From Eledone cirrhosa (lineage: Eukaryota), in contig OZ024741.1 of assembly GCA_964016885.1 (NCBI GenBank), positions 197,036,001-197,100,000 on the forward strand: a stretch of DNA of 64,000 nt, read 5' to 3'. Positions 1 to 13,609 of the stretch are shown here, in pieces. The notes beneath the pieces are model-generated. The model did no database searches, was not told the DNA's origin, and was given only the letters and a program-made list of their open reading frames with translations. Made by a program: the position numbers and the translations under genes. The number at the start of each line of letters is the position of its first letter. Within the stretch, counting starts at the first letter, position 1.

Positions 1-116
1 ACTGGACCGAGACCTTTGGCGGTACTCAGTAACAGAAAAGACCCGCCTTACCTAAATACATAGTAAAACCTACTACAGCCAGTAGGCATCTCTAACAAAA
101 TACACCCCGTCCCACC
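1..116 (+). mobile_element. RTE LINE family A, end of ORF and start of 3' UTR (truncated by window edge)
   Basis: Nearly identical to 22953-23066 (actggaccgaga...ccgtcccacca). Confidence 0.85.
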
Positions 117-230
117 ATATATATACATATACATATACACATATATATACATATATACATATACATATACATATACACATATACATACATATATATATAC
201 ATATACATATATATACATATATATATATAC

Positions 231-260
<30 letters not shown>
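117..260. repeat. (TA)n/(TATACA)n microsatellite; similar tracts at 4400-4525, 4822-4910 (GA), 5070-5130 (GT), 36240-36350, 46870-46925, 47345-47583, 59420-59520
   Basis: Directly visible simple repeats; they produce the spurious YIYI/CVCV ORFs. Confidence 0.95.
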
Positions 261-261
<1 letters not shown>

Positions 262-386
262 ACAGAAAAGAGAATCGTTGTTGTGACGAATGGAATTTAT
301 TGGACATATAATCATTTCCCTGGCGACCAGCTTGATCAATGTGATGATCGAAGCCGATTATATATATATATATATACACAAATATA

Positions 387-532
387 TGGAGGGACATGGC
401 TTAGTGGATAGAGCATTGGCCTTGCGATCGAAAGGTTGTGTGTTCAATTCTCAGACCGGGTGATGTGTTGTTTCCTTGAGCAAGACACTTTATTTCACAT
501 TGCTCCAGTTTATTCAGATGTAGAAATGAGAT
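387..532 (+). mobile_element. tRNA-derived SINE (head plus CORE-like central block)
   Basis: A box tggcttagtgg, B box gttcaattc, then ccttgagcaagacactttatttcacattgctccagt. Homologous copies at 4688-4822(+), 39560-39690(+), 6700-6830(-), 13020-13170(-), 44530-44680(-). Confidence 0.8.
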
Positions 533-1053
533 GATAGGGACTGAATATTCCACTGAAAAGTGGTCGTGGAGGTGCCACGGCAAAAAAGCACATAACCATA
601 TATATCCACGAAGGAGCTCATAGATAGGACAACACACTGTTTTTCATGGGGGTAAGTTTTTATTAATTTTCGTATTCTGAAAGATCAAAATACAACAAAA
701 TTTTTGCTCATTGGACTCCGGGGAAATGTTCTGACAAAAGCTGTAGAAGCTACAGAAATATTCCATATATTTTTCCAGAGCAATCTCTATTTAAATTTTA
801 CATTTTACACTTACTTGTCCTCCATTGCAAAATGGCCATAAATTCAAATTTTGAAAAGCGAAGCGAACAAATTTTAAAATTTCAACCCAGCGACTACAAC
901 AACAGCAACAACACCATTGTCTGCAGCAGCAGCATCAGTGAAATGAACAACAGCAGCAGCAACAACACCACCAACACCATCACTGACACTATCCACCACC
1001 ACCACCACCATCACCAGCAATCAGGCCTTAAAAACAACTATAATACTAAACAA

Positions 1054-1145
1054 CTATTCTGTTCTTGGCACGGGGCAGCAATTGTCCCAGCGCATTGCTG
1101 GTGCCTTGATTTTGGGCCCGGAGAATGGAGAGCCATTGCTCTTTG
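1054..1145 (-). CDS. Candidate terminal coding exon of an unidentified host gene (..KSNGSPFSGPKIKAPAMRWDNCCPVPRTE*)
   Basis: Acceptor attatttgctttacAG. GC-richer unique sequence. Phase-1 frame is open to TAG and matches the phase of exon 14969-15022. AATAAA on the minus strand near 659-664. Confidence 0.5.
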
Positions 1146-1339
1146 CTGTAAAGCAAATAATAATTATTATTATATAAAAACTGAACAGGAAAAGTCAAAA
1201 GTTGACATGATTTTGTATCAGTACTGACGGTAACATGTGTGTGTGTGGGGGGGGGGGGTGTTTGTATGCATGAATGTTGGTGTTGAGTGAGTGTGTGTGT
1301 GTGCCATGAGTGTCAATAAGTGGTGTTTTTTTTTTATGA

Positions 1340-3917
1340 CCATGCTGTAAAATGGAGGGGTAGAGAGGGCCCATGAGTCCAGTAAGACATCCTCCCTAGT
1401 GCTGGTGGCACAAATGAAAGCACCCAGTCCATGCTGTAAAGTGGCACTGGTGTTAGGAAGGGCAGCCAACCAGTGTATCAATACCAAAACGATTATAAGC
1501 ACAGCAACAAGTATATAGGAACAACAAAATATGAAGACGTCGCATCTCAGAGTTGAAACATTTAATGTTGGCACTCTCAGAGGTAGATCTGCTGAAATAG
1601 CGGAGATGCTGGAGAGAAGGCAGGTGGATGTGTGCTGCGTGCAAGAGGTGAGATGGAGAGGTGCCTCTGCGAGACTAGTCGCAGGCAAACATCTTAGCTA
1701 TAAGCTTTTCTGAGTAGGTAAGGATGATGGGTTAGGGGGAGTAGGTATTTTCCTGGCTGAGAGATGGATCAATAAGACAATAGAAGTAGTTCGAGTTAAT
1801 AATCGAATAATTAAGATTAGATTAGTTGTAGGCAGGAGACTACTGACAATCATCTCTGCCTATGCTCCCAAAGCTGGCTTAGGCAAAGAAGAGAAAGACT
1901 GCTTTTACGAGCAACTTTTACAAACAACCGCAATGACAGAGGACGGAGACATCGTTATGCTAGCAGGGGACTTCAATGGTCATGTTGGACAGTTCCAGGA
2001 TGGTTACACTGGGGTACATGGTGGGCACGGTTATGGCTCAAGCAATGAAGAAGGAGTGAGACTTCTTGAATTTTGTGATGCAAGTACACTGACTATTTGC
2101 AACACTAACTTCCAGAAACCTGCCAACCACCTAATAACCTACAAATCAGGCGAGCACATAAGCCAGATTGACTTCTTACTAGTTAGGCAGCGGGACAGGC
2201 AGATGAATGTACCCCACAGCATAGGTTAGTCGTTAGTGATATCTCAGTACACAAGAGATGGAATGAGACATACAGGAAGGTGTGGAGAAGAGAGGTCTAG
2301 AAGCTAAAAGACCTTTCACTAAAATACAAATTTAGGAAACCCCTTCAAGATGTGTATGACAAAAAAAAAGATGATTTAGAGATGTATGACATAGATAATA
2401 ACTGAAATTTCTTACGTGACTACTTACTGCAGTGGAACAGCACAGTAGATAAGACCATTAGAGACAAAAGACTAGCATGGAAGGCTTGGAAAAATGGTGG
2501 GAGTAGAGAAGGATATACAGCCGCTAAGAGAGAAGCTAGATGTCAGGTGTACTTAGCACGCAGGGAGGCTGAGAGTAGGAGGTTTGCCAATGTTCTGCGA
2601 TGGGAAGATGAGAGGTGTGCGGTGTTCCACATTGCAAGGCAGTGTGTCAATGCAAATCAGGATGTTGTTGGAGATAAATGTGTCCGGAATGATGCCGGTG
2701 TACTTAGTGTCATGAATGATCAGAAAAACGAGGGTCATTATGAGAGACTGATGAATGTGGAGAACGAATGGGAGAGAGAGAAACTACCCTCAGTAGATCT
2801 GACAGAGGGACCAGTTGTTGAGATTGACGAATATCGGATCCAAGAGGCGATTAAGGAAATGAAAAATGGTAAGGCTGCTGGACCGTCGGGGATAGTTGCT
2901 GAGATGCTGAAGGCATCAGGAGACGTAGGCACTAAACTGGTTGCACGCATCATCAATCAGGCTATATTTGGTGGTGTCATACCCAAAGACTGGTGCAGCA
3001 GTATTCTCATAAAGTGCTACAAAGGTAAAGGGGATGCTCTGGAGAGGAACAATTATAAGAGTATAAAACTGATGGATCAGGTTATGAAGTGGCAGAAAGG
3101 ATTAGCACAACTAATTAGAGAAAGGGTCAAACTAGACGAGATGCAGTTTGGTTTTGTGCCTGGGAAAAGTACAACAGATGAAGAATAAGCCACTATACTT
3201 AGCCTTTGTAGATCTGGTGGTCTCTAAGGAAACTAGGTGTTGAGGAATGGCTTGTGAGGACAGTGCAAACTTTATACCGTCAGTAAAGTCAGGGTAGGAA
3301 TGGAGTTTAGTGAGGAATTCCAAATACAAGTAGGAGTACATCAAGTTTCGGTCCTCAGCCCGCTCTGGTTCATTATAATCCTCCAAGCCATAACAGAGGA
3401 GTTTAAGACTGGCTGTCCATGGGAACTTCTCTATATTGACGATCTGGTTCTTATAGCAGAATCGGTAGAGGAGCTAGAGAATAAATTCTGGCTATGGAAA
3501 CAGCAGTTGGAAGCAAGAGGACCGAGAGTGAACCTAGCTAAGACAAAAGTGTTGATGAGTAGAAAAGAGGACAAAACTGATTCCGTCAGGGAAATGGCCA
3601 TGTTCGATATGCAGAAAAGGAACTGGCATAAATTCTATAAAATGCACACAATGCAGATCCTGGGTACACAAGAGATGTAGTGGGATAGCAGGCAAACTAA
3701 CAGGTAGGTAGAAATACGTATGCAGTAGATGTACAGGGAAATTAGACAGAAGAAGTCACATTGATAGACACATTTTTCAAATGCAGGCGGGTGCTATAGA
3801 AGTGGTGGATACCTTCCGGTACCTAGGAGATCAGATTAGCATGGGAGGAGGGTGTTCTGAGGCCATAGTATCTAGAATAAGGACGGGTTGGAAGAAGTTT
3901 AAGGAGCTGCTTCCTCT
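1340..3917 (+). mobile_element. RTE-clade LINE family B, decayed (5' UTR, APE endonuclease, RT, PHD-like insert)
   Basis: TFNVGTL..CCVQEVRWRG, AGDFNGHVG, SQIDFLLVR, GKAAGPSG, QFGFVPGKSTTD, GVHQ.SVLSP, ELLYIDDLV; many stops, frameshifts and deletions. Confidence 0.95.
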
Positions 3918-4145
3918 TTGTACCATATCTCCCCTCTCTCACTCAACTCTCTTTATACCATATCTCCTGTCTCTCACTTTATACTATATCTCCTCTCTCT
4001 CTCTCTCTCTCTCTGTACCATATCTTCTCTCTCCCTGTACCATATCTCCTCTCTCTCTCTGCAACATATCTCCTCTCTCTCCATCTGTACTATATCTCCC
4101 CCTCTCTCCCTCTCTACCATATCTTCTCTCTCACTCGCTCTCTGT
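3918..4145. repeat. Degenerate CT-rich minisatellite (unit ~ctgtaccatatctcctctctct)
   Basis: About 9 diverged units that replace the LINE 3' end. Confidence 0.8.
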
Positions 4146-4149
4146 GTTT

Positions 4150-4410
4150 CCTCTACCACTGATTCTGACCCCCGTGGTCTTTCATACTCTGTACACACAC
4201 ATCCTCGCTTTTATATATATAGATAATTTTGCTATCGAATTTTTATTGCTCAATGTGGGTCGATTTGAAAAATTTGTGATGTGAGCATCTTAGCGACAGG
4301 TGCAACGTGCACAAAAAATTTGGTCAAATTCGGTTGGGAATTATAAAAGCCTTAGCTGTCCAAAGTTGTCCACAGACCCACACACATCCTCGCTTTTATA
4401 TATATAGATA
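4150..4410. mobile_element. Non-autonomous Helitron-like element
   Basis: aaaatttggtcaaattcggttg block and terminus cctcgcttttatatatatagat (present twice, 4195-4224 and 4381-4410). Resembles Lep1-type Helitron ends. Related block at 41075-41145. Confidence 0.5.
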
Positions 4411-4477
4411 TATACATACATATGTATATATATATACATATATTTATATATATATACATATAAATATATACATTTAA

Positions 4478-4517
<40 letters not shown>

Positions 4518-4818
4518 ATGTGTGTGTTGTTGGATCTCATCTGATGATGAGTGTGCTAGGTGATTCAATCAACAGAATACCATGTAAGTGGCAGAATATT
4601 CTACAGAAATGTGCACCTTTAATATAATTGTGAAGGATATTCAACATGACACAATTTGTGACAGGGCTGGCCCCTTGAATTACAGGTGAAGGCATGTGGC
4701 TTATTGCTTAAGGTATTCAGCTCACAATTGTAATTTCATGAGTTTGATACCTGGACTGGATGGCACTATATGCTCTTGAGAAAACACATTATTTCATGTT
4801 GCTTCGGTCCACTCAGCT

Positions 4819-4870
<52 letters not shown>

Positions 4871-5068
4871 GAGAGAGAGATAGAGAGAGAGAGAGATAGA
4901 GAGAGAGAGCAAGAGAGTGTGTGAGTGTGTGTGTGTATGCGCGTGTGTTCTGGTTTCATTATTTCATAAAAATTTTATATCGATAGAGAGTGAGCTGGTT
5001 TCTAACATAGACAAGGCTCTTTCATTGGAATTTAGACATCAACTAAGTAAATATGTATGTATGTCTGC

Positions 5069-5132
<64 letters not shown>

Positions 5133-5239
5133 AGGTATGGATACTATTGTATGTGTGGATCTGTATATTTTGAGTTATAATTGTACATGTGTATATGTTT
5201 TGTATTTATGTGTCAAGAAAAATTGTTATATTGTAAGTG

Positions 5240-5790
5240 TGTCCGCGATGATAATGGTGTACTTGCCCTCAATGATGCTGAAAAGAAAACAGCATGAATG
5301 TGCCAATATGAAAGACTACTAAAAGAGGAGAATGAATGGGATGAAGATACTTTGCCCCAAGTTGATCCAACAGAGGGACCGGATGTGCAAGTTAGTAGTA
5401 GCAGTAATATAGTAAGCAAGGCAATCAAAGATATGAAGACATGAAAGGCAGCTGGACTTTCAGGGATAGTTGCTGAGATGTTGAAAGCATCTGGTATGGG
5501 GGAGGGGGACATGCCATAGTCATCCATATAGTAAACCAAGTAATACAAAATGGGGTTATACTCAATGACTGGTGTAGCAACATCATCATCAACTGCTACA
5601 AGGACAAAGGAGATGCTCTAGAAAGAGAAATCTCTAGAGCTATAAAGTTGGTTGACCAGGCGATGAGGGTCACAGAAAGAGTCATCACACAGATAATCAG
5701 GGACTGAATTAACCTTGATGAAATGCAGTTTGGATTTGTGCCAGGTTAAAGTACAGCAGATGCCCTCTTTCTCATGAGGCAACTCTCATA
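5240..5790 (+). mobile_element. RTE family A internal RT fragment
   Basis: Homologous to 21220-21740 (ENEWDED..PQVDPTEGP, KAAG.SGIVAEMLKASG, QFGFVPG). Confidence 0.9.
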
Positions 5791-7408
5791 GCGGAATCTA
5801 TGTCATGTAGATAAAAGTATACACACACATACAACCAGACATGCATACACTGTATACAAATGCATATGAATAGAATGAAAACAATCATGTATATTGTATC
5901 AAATATCAACTGATGGCATTCAGTCCTAGAAGGTACACAAAGGGTGTGTGCATATTCCATTTTTTACATACATGCATGTAGTGGATACCGAGTTGGATTG
6001 TCTCTCATGTTATACTTACCTTATCATGTCAACCATTTGTAAAGACATATACTTGAAGAGCAACCACGACTAACACTTGCATATTATGTAAGCTCTGTTG
6101 AGCAATGAAACCATTGGTAGCTAATGATATATGTATGATATATATGTACAATTAACAAGTAAATATTAGCTCTCTTACTAGATATAGAGTACTTTTTTTT
6201 TATAGTTGATCATTAGGCTATACACAGACACACACATATATATAGCTGCCACATTATTATAGTTATCTGCATTATGGCAACTATATTTTGAAATCTCTGA
6301 GTCAACCTAAGTCAACCATATGTGTGTGTGTGTGGGTGCATGTAGTACACCCAGTGAGGTGATTGGTGATAGGAAGGATATCAACTGTAGAGACCATGTC
6401 AAAAAAAAAAAAAAGGCTCAGATGGACTCTTCAGTTGTGTCAAAGACAAATTTCCTACTGTTGGTACCATGATAAAATGCACCTGCTGCACTCTGTAGAA
6501 TGTAGGAGTACAGGTGAAATGCAGCCCCCCCCCCCCCCCCCCATCTCACCTGAGAGGTCAGTAGCATTGATTAAGTCTGCAATGACCAGTCTAACCATTG
6601 CTAGCAGGGAAAACAGATGTTATATGGTGATAAAAAGAAGAATATACATGCATAGATATTAGAGTAGCAGACAGAAAATTCTTGTGCCCAGTCCATCTAT
6701 AAATTTCTGTCCACCAACTTCCTCTCACAAGGCATTGGTCAACCTAAAGCTATAGTAGAAGACATTTGCCCAAGGTGCAGTGCAGTGAGATTGAATAGAG
6801 AACCACATGATTGCAAAGCAAATCTCTTAGGGGTTAAAAATAACTTATTCTAATCTCATTCATAGTCTTTGTTTAATAACCTTACATCTATCACACAACA
6901 CGTTAGATATAACAGCCACATTTCCTTCAAATCACACCTTGATGTCTTAAAAAAGGGGAGGACACACTGGATAATGTAGTCTTAGATACATTATGACTAA
7001 ACCCCCACCAGTAGTCAAAGATTGACAGTTAAACAACAACTTCCACCTAAAGAGAAAATGTTCTACTCAACTGACAAATTATTAAAACAATACCATACTT
7101 ATACTGCCCATCGAGATAGTCTCTTCATTTTATACATCCTGTAACAATTATTTTAAAATCTTTCAGGCCAGGTTTAAGTACTCGGTTTTAAGTTTTCTTT
7201 TGTCTAATTATAATATTTTACAAACCACAATTATCTTCATTTTAAATTCTCATCCTGTCCTCAATATCTGTTATAAAATGTTTCTGCTAGCTCAGATAAG
7301 CAGGAAGTATGGTAGTTGAGAACTTAAACCCCTGTCACTATCACAGTACTATGTAAGGCACACATTTATAGTTGCTTTGGTTGGAAACAAGTAAGTATAA
7401 TGCTTTTT

Positions 7409-7669
7409 TTAACCCTTTCCATACCAAATTTCTACTGAAAGACAGCCCAAAATAAAAAAAGAAATTTGAAAATAATCAAGAATTTAGAAGGATTTAGTAA
7501 TAACTAACTTTCTTGTTATTGAGTTGATATTTGGAGCATATCTTAAAGGTTTTTATATAAATTTATGATGGAAGGTTTTTAGATAAGTATAATAAATACT
7601 TAAACACAAACAGTTTCATATCATAGATTCAGGAAGAGTTTCAGGTGGATTGATATCAAAAAGGGTTAA
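7409..7669. mobile_element. piggyBac-type MITE (TTAA-CCC...GGG-TTAA)
   Basis: Left end ttaaccctttccatacca, right end tgatatcaaaaagggttaa. Relatives near 8915-9170, 16537-16750, 42485-42650, 45232-45747. Confidence 0.65.
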
Positions 7670-7689
7670 TAAATGGAAATTGATTTAGA

Positions 7690-7960
7690 TGAAAATATGA
7701 CAGAGGTGGTAAGCATCTAATAGCAGGTGGACAAGCTCCATGAGTGGATAAGTAAAGAATTTTGGTGAAGTTAGTAGTTTATTTTGAAAGATGTTAATTT
7801 TGCAAGTAAAAGAGGGAAGAATGCAATGCGGTTTTATGAGGAGAGAAGATAATGCATGTTTAGTGCAAGGATTTAAGAAAAGAAATACATTAAGTGCCAC
7901 ATTCAATAGACAGAGAACTATAGTCAATGTTTAGGGGGAGGGGCTGCAATAGAAGAGTTA
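7690..7960 (-). mobile_element. Very decayed L2/Crack-like LINE 3' fragment
   Basis: Weak resemblance of ORF 7685-7927 to the SFF.RT..LWN.LP....NL..FK C-terminus. Confidence 0.3.
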
Positions 7961-8274
7961 AGATAAAAAGAGTATGAGGGAAAGAAAATAACTCATTGGA
8001 AAATCAGACTATAGTTTAGAAAGATTGTTAATAAAACCCCAAATGTAGCTATCAATTGAAACTTAAAAAAAAGCTTTTAGTCAAAACATCAGATTTGAAC
8101 ACAAAATTCTTGAGTTGGTAGTTTAATAACTCACATCAAGAATTTGCAATAAAATAAGGTTATTACCAGAATATATTTAACTGACTAAATAAAAAAAAAA
8201 ATTCCTAAACAAAAGAATCACCATGAAACAATAGTACTAGTGATTTTTAAACTAGGTAACTGGTGTATCTCTGT

Positions 8275-8430
8275 TTTTAGAATAGGTACACTATATCCCT
8301 GTATGTCGTAAAAGATGACTAAAAGGGTTGGTGTCAAGAAAGGCATCCGGCTGTTAAACATTGTCACAAAACATCCCATCCAACCCATGTCAGCATGGAA
8401 AAGCAGACATAAAAACGATGAGGATGATGG
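8275..8430 (+). mobile_element. Short non-autonomous element ending in the RTE-shared tail
   Basis: ggtgtcaagaaaggcatccggctg...acccatgtcagcatggaaaagcagacataaaaacgatg. Homologues at 17825-17960, 18545-18660, 26830-26985, 25740-25990(-), 41180-41375(-). Confidence 0.75.
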
Positions 8431-8436
8431 TGTAGT

Positions 8437-8645
8437 TTAATCCTTTAGCATTTAAACTAGCCAAATCCGGCCACAATTCTCTCACCTCTCAAACTGGTTG
8501 TAACTAGCCACTCATACTGATGTTAAGGTATTGTTCTCAAAATAAATAATATCAAAATCTCATACATTTGATATTACATAAGGTAAATCTTTTACTGTGA
8601 AAATACAATAGTATATATAGAGTCATGTAAATGCTAAAGAATTAA
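8437..8645. mobile_element. Second TTAA-flanked MITE family
   Basis: TIRs ttaatcctttagcattt / aaatgctaaagaattaa; similar left end near 48690. Confidence 0.65.
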
Positions 8646-9669
8646 TGACAGAGCATTGTATAAAAAGAAAAAAAGAATTTAAATGACAAACAAACAAAAG
8701 ATCTTATCTAAAGTTACTCAGCCTATTTAATGTACCAGGAAATTTCTACCATCTGTAAAATGAGATCCATAAGTTTTCAGACCTCATAATAAAAACAGAA
8801 TGGTAAAATTACAAATATCTATCAAATATTTCATTTGATTAACTTCCCTGATCTGCTCAACCAGAAAGAGTGAGGCCACCTCACAACAAACAAAATAAAT
8901 GCATTTTAATTTTTGTAACTCTTAAAATCAAACTGCCTGAAACCACCCCTTTTTTATGTTACAAAACTGTTTAATTTAATGTGTTTATATTTATTGAAAA
9001 ACCATCCATCATAATTTTATGTAAAAATCTTAGCTAAATTATGATCCAAACACAAACATAATAGTGAGAAAATTAGTTGTATTACTAAATCTCTGTAAAT
9101 GCTGGATTTCTTTTAAGAAATTTTTGAAAATCATAACCCTATTGTTACTATATTTCTAATGAAATGTACTGATTAAGATTATCATGATTTAAAATACATA
9201 TTTTATTGACAAGAAGATTGTTATGTAGAATTATGTGGTGATGATATAAAAATGTACATGCAAAAATTAAATGATGAACAATTAAAAATAATATTCAAGG
9301 TTCTACCACTATTTAACTCAGATCTATCATTGAAATAAATTTTTTTACTGGTTTCAAGATTGTGGCCCTGCTTTTAAGAGTTTAGTCGACTATATTGACC
9401 TCAGTACATATTTCAATGTAATATTTTATTGAATTTCTAAGATATACGGCATAAAGCAACAGCATAAACAATACTGATTTTAGAGTAAACAAACAGACAC
9501 ACACACATTTATCTATCTATACACACACACACACACACAATGATGATTACGAAGGCCAGATGTAGATATTCATAATTAGTCAACATTTTTAACACAAGTG
9601 TATGTATATATATATCATCATCATCACCATTTTATGTCCGCATTTCCCTATATTACACACACACATATC

Positions 9670-12600
9670 CCTTATTTTCCTCAATTCATCTGATTCTACC
9701 ACTGCTGGAGATTTGGAGTACTCCTAATGGTGAATATGAATCCACCTCCTGTCTCTGGACAACCATGCAAATGCTCCTCTTTATTTCAGGCATGGAAAAC
9801 CTAATCCAACAACAATTCATCCCCCACTCTCCTCCCCAAGCTTTCATTCTCTTCTTCCCCCTTCCTCCTGGTGAACTCTATAACTTCAGAGAACTGGTAC
9901 AATCAATGTAGGCAATGATGAAAGGACGATCATGTGAGATTGTAGAGATGCTTGAACAAAGGAATGTTGATGTATGCTGTGTACAAGAGACTAGATGGAG
10001 GAGAGAGTCAGCTAGATTCCCTGTGGGCAAAAAACGATGCTATAAATTTTTCTGGGTGGGAAATGACAATCAGTTGAGTGGAGTAGGGATCCTGTTAGCA
10101 GAAAAATGGGTAGATAAGGCAATTGCTGTAATTAGAGTGAACGACAGAACCATTAAAATTAGACTAGTATTAAACAGAACAACCGTGCCAATTATATATG
10201 CTTATGCACCCTAATCTGGTCTGCTGGATGTACTAAAAGACAGGTTCTATGAGTCCTTAATGCACGCTACATCCCAAATAACTATGTAACCAGTGACTAT
10301 ATAATCATTGCTGGCGACTTTAATGGGCATGGTGGACAACACTGCGATGGCTATGACGGGATCCATAGAGGTAACAGAAATGATTTATCTATACAATAAT
10401 CCATACAACTTCAAAAAACGAGACAATCACTTGATCAACTATAGATCAGGGGAGCACACCAACCGGATAGATTTTATGTTTACCAGAGTGATCGTTGTAA
10501 ATACAAAGTCCCTCCCTGGTGAAGAATGCACCTCCCAACATAACCTAGTAGTTAGGGCTAGATGAACTCAATAACAGAGGACAAACTGGAGAAGAATGTG
10601 AAAGTTGAAGGACCCCACAATCAGTAACAAATTCAGAGGAATGTTGCTTGATGCTTTTGAAAGTAAGGACGAGCTAATGGAGACATACAAATAGAGGACC
10701 AGTGGGAATTCCTGAAAGATAACCTACTAAAGGCGATAAATGAAATCTGTGGTTGGAGCAGGTTTCTAGGGAGAAGGAAAGTGACATGGTGGTGGAACAG
10801 TAGGGTGAAGGAGACAATTAAGGCCAAAAGACAAGCATGGAAGGAATGACAAAATGGAGGTAGTAGAGAAGTCTACCAGAATGCTAGGAGAGAAGCTAGG
10901 CGACAAGTATACCTTGCAAGAAGGGAAGCAAAAAATAAAAAAATTTAAGCATGTTCTGCAACGCGAGGACCAAAGGCAAGAGGTGTCCAGGATTGCGAGG
11001 CAATGTGTCAGGGAAAACGTGTGTTCATGATGATAATAGAGTACTTGCCATCACTGATGCTGAAAAGAAGGTAGCATGGAAGTGCCACTATGAAAGATTA
11101 CTAAACGAGGAGAATGAATGGGATGAAGATAGTTTGCCTCAAGTTGACCCAACAGAGAATTGGCTGTAAAAGTCAGCAGTAGTAAGTAAGCCAATCAAAG
11201 ATATGAAGACAGGCAAGGCAGCTGGACCTTCAGGTATAGTTGCAGCGATGCTGAAAACATCTGGGATGGTGGGTCACGCCATGATCACCTGTATTGTAAA
11301 CCAAGTAATACAAAACAGTGTTATTACCAATGGTTGGCATAGCAACAGCATTATCAACTGCTACAAGGTCAAAGAGATGCTCTAGATAGAGAAGACTATA
11401 GATGCATTAAGTTGGTTGACCAGGTCATGCAGGTCATAGAAAGAGTTATTGCACAGCTGATTAGGGACAGAGTTAACCTAGATGAAATGGAGTTTGGATT
11501 TGTGCCGAGTAAAAGCACCATGGATGCTCTCTTCCTTGTGAGGCAACTGCAGAAGAAGTACTTAGCTAAAACTAAACCCCTCTACTTAGCTTTCGTTGAC
11601 CTGGAGAAAGCCTTTCACAGAGTCCCCCCACTCCATTATCTGGTGGGTTCTTAGAAAACTAGAAGTAGCAGAGTGGCTTGTGAAAGCTGTACAAGCCATG
11701 TATAGAGGAACAGTCAGCAATGTTAGAATTGACAATAACTATAGTGAAGAATTTATTGTACAGGTAGGTGTCCATCAGAGCTCCATACTTAGCCTTCTCC
11801 TATTTATTATTGCCCTACAGGCTATAACAGAAGAGTTTAAGACTAGCTGCCCCTAGGAACTTCTGTATGCAGATGATCTAACTCCCATAGCTGAATCTAT
11901 AGCAAAATTAGAGAAGGAATTCCAAACCTAGAAGCATGGCCTAAAATCAAAAGGTCTTAAAGTTAACTTGTCAAAGACTAAAGTCCTAGTATGAAGAAAG
12001 GGAAAAAGTTCATATTCCCACAGGGGAAATAGCCTTGATAAGTGTGCAGGAAAAGAGTAGGCAAAAATTCCACCCTATGTCCCAAATTCAAGCTATGGGT
12101 ACATAAATGATGTAGTGGGATCATAGGCAGGCTATCAAAGAACATAGGTTTTATATGCGGCCAATGCACAGGTGCAGTAAGTAGCAAGTGCCCACAGGAT
12201 ACTAACTCCTTCAAATGCCCAGATGGCTCTGTAGAAATAGTCGACAGTTTACGTTAACTGGGTGACCAAATCAACAGTGGAGGATGGTGTTCCAAAAGTA
12301 CAGTAGCCAGAGTAAGAACGGGATGGAGAAAGTTCAGGGAGCTACTTCAGTTGCTAGCTACAAAAGGTTTTTCCCTTAAAATTAAGGGCAGATTGTACGA
12401 TGCATGTATACGAACAACAATGTTGTATGGTAATGAGACCTGGGCGCTGTGTGCAGAGGACCTGCAGAAATTTGAAAGAAATAAAGCCTGCATGCTCTGA
12501 TAGATGTGTAATAGTAATATATACAAACAGCAAAGCATCAATGAACTGAGAGACAAACTAGGCATAAGAGGGATCAGAATCAAAGTGCAAGAGATAGATT

Positions 12601-13005
12601 GCATTGGTATGGCCAAGTAATGTTTAAAAAGGATGACAGCTATATAAAAAGGTGCAGGGCAATCAAAGTTGATGGAAGCTATGGAGTGGGAAGACTCAGG
12701 AAGACTTGGGATGGGGTGATAAAAGCTGCACCACTCAAAGACAATGACACAGGATCAAGATCTTTGGTGTTATGCAGTAATACAGCCCACACTGTAAAAT
12801 GGTCGTGTGGGTGCCATGACAAAAAGCACCCAGCCCACACTGTAGATGTGGTTGATGTTAGGAAGGGCATCCAGCCATAGAAATCAAGCCAGAAACAGTT
12901 CTGTTTGAGCAAGACATGGTCACCTGACCCAACTTGCCTCAAACGAGACAAGACCTCTAACCCATTCTAGCATGGAAAATGGACATTAAACGATGATGAT
13001 GATAT
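9670..13005 (+). mobile_element. RTE LINE family A, near full-length decayed copy with (GAT)n tail
   Basis: EN (DVCCVQETRWR, GVGILLAEKWVD), RT (LAFVDLEKAF, GVHQ.S.LS, LYADDL), Cys-rich insert, WYG, then 3' UTR ending ggacattaaacgatgatgat. Confidence 0.95.
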
Positions 13006-13532
13006 ATAATGATGGGCTTCTGTACTGTTTCCGTCTATCGAATTCCATTCACAAGGTATTGGTCAACCAAAGTTAGAGCAGACACTTGTCTTAGGTGCTG
13101 TGCAGTGAGCTCAAACCAGAAATTACATGGTTGTAATGCAAATTTCTTAACTAGACAGCTACACCGAGTGTTTAAAATTCATATAGATATCAATAATCAA
13201 TCAATATTTCCTTATCACACAGAAACCAATTGCCTCACTTTTCCCAATCAGACATATTCATTATCAGAAGAGAACTTCTCAAAGCTCTACCCATAGTACA
13301 ACTTGACACTACAAGTCAAATAAACACTCATCAATTATACAGTGTTTCAGCTGTTTAAAATGTTGAACTGTAACCATCTATTAGAGTTAAATGGGAGCAG
13401 TGAGAAGTAAGTAATGCTTAAAGTAATAATTGATATCAATATAATATCAAGATCTCATATGAATTACAATATGGTTTATCTCACATACTCAATAATGTTA
13501 TATTCTCAATAATTGTTTCTACTTTTGGCACA

Positions 13533-13609
13533 AGGCCAGCAATTACTCAGTGTATTACTGGTACTTTATTTTATCGACCCAGTAATACACTGGGTAATTG
13601 CTGGCCTTG
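13533..13609. repeat. Inverted SINE-tail hairpin
   Basis: caaggccagcaattactcagtgtattactgg ... ccagtaatacactgggtaattgctggccttg, one mismatch, short spacer. Confidence 0.85.

Noticed and set aside
315-360. Hammerhead-like ctggcga..gatca/tgatc gaag (similar traces at 53085-53125, 59540-59565, 61535-61556)
   Set aside because: Core boxes mutated; too degenerate to call.
387-460. tRNA genes at A/B-box sites (also 39560, 61210, 63562)
   Set aside because: No cloverleaf; they continue into SINE bodies.
832-1227. 131-aa plus-strand ORF with poly-N/S/H/Q
   Set aside because: Made of CAN trinucleotide repeats and antisense to the better-supported exon; no domain.
6014-6125. Strong minus-strand donor (AG|gtaagt) as a further exon
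   Set aside because: No acceptor found that gives a frame compatible with the phase-1 chain.
8718-8752. Minus-strand 35-nt exon candidate
   Set aside because: Stops in all frames and weak donor.
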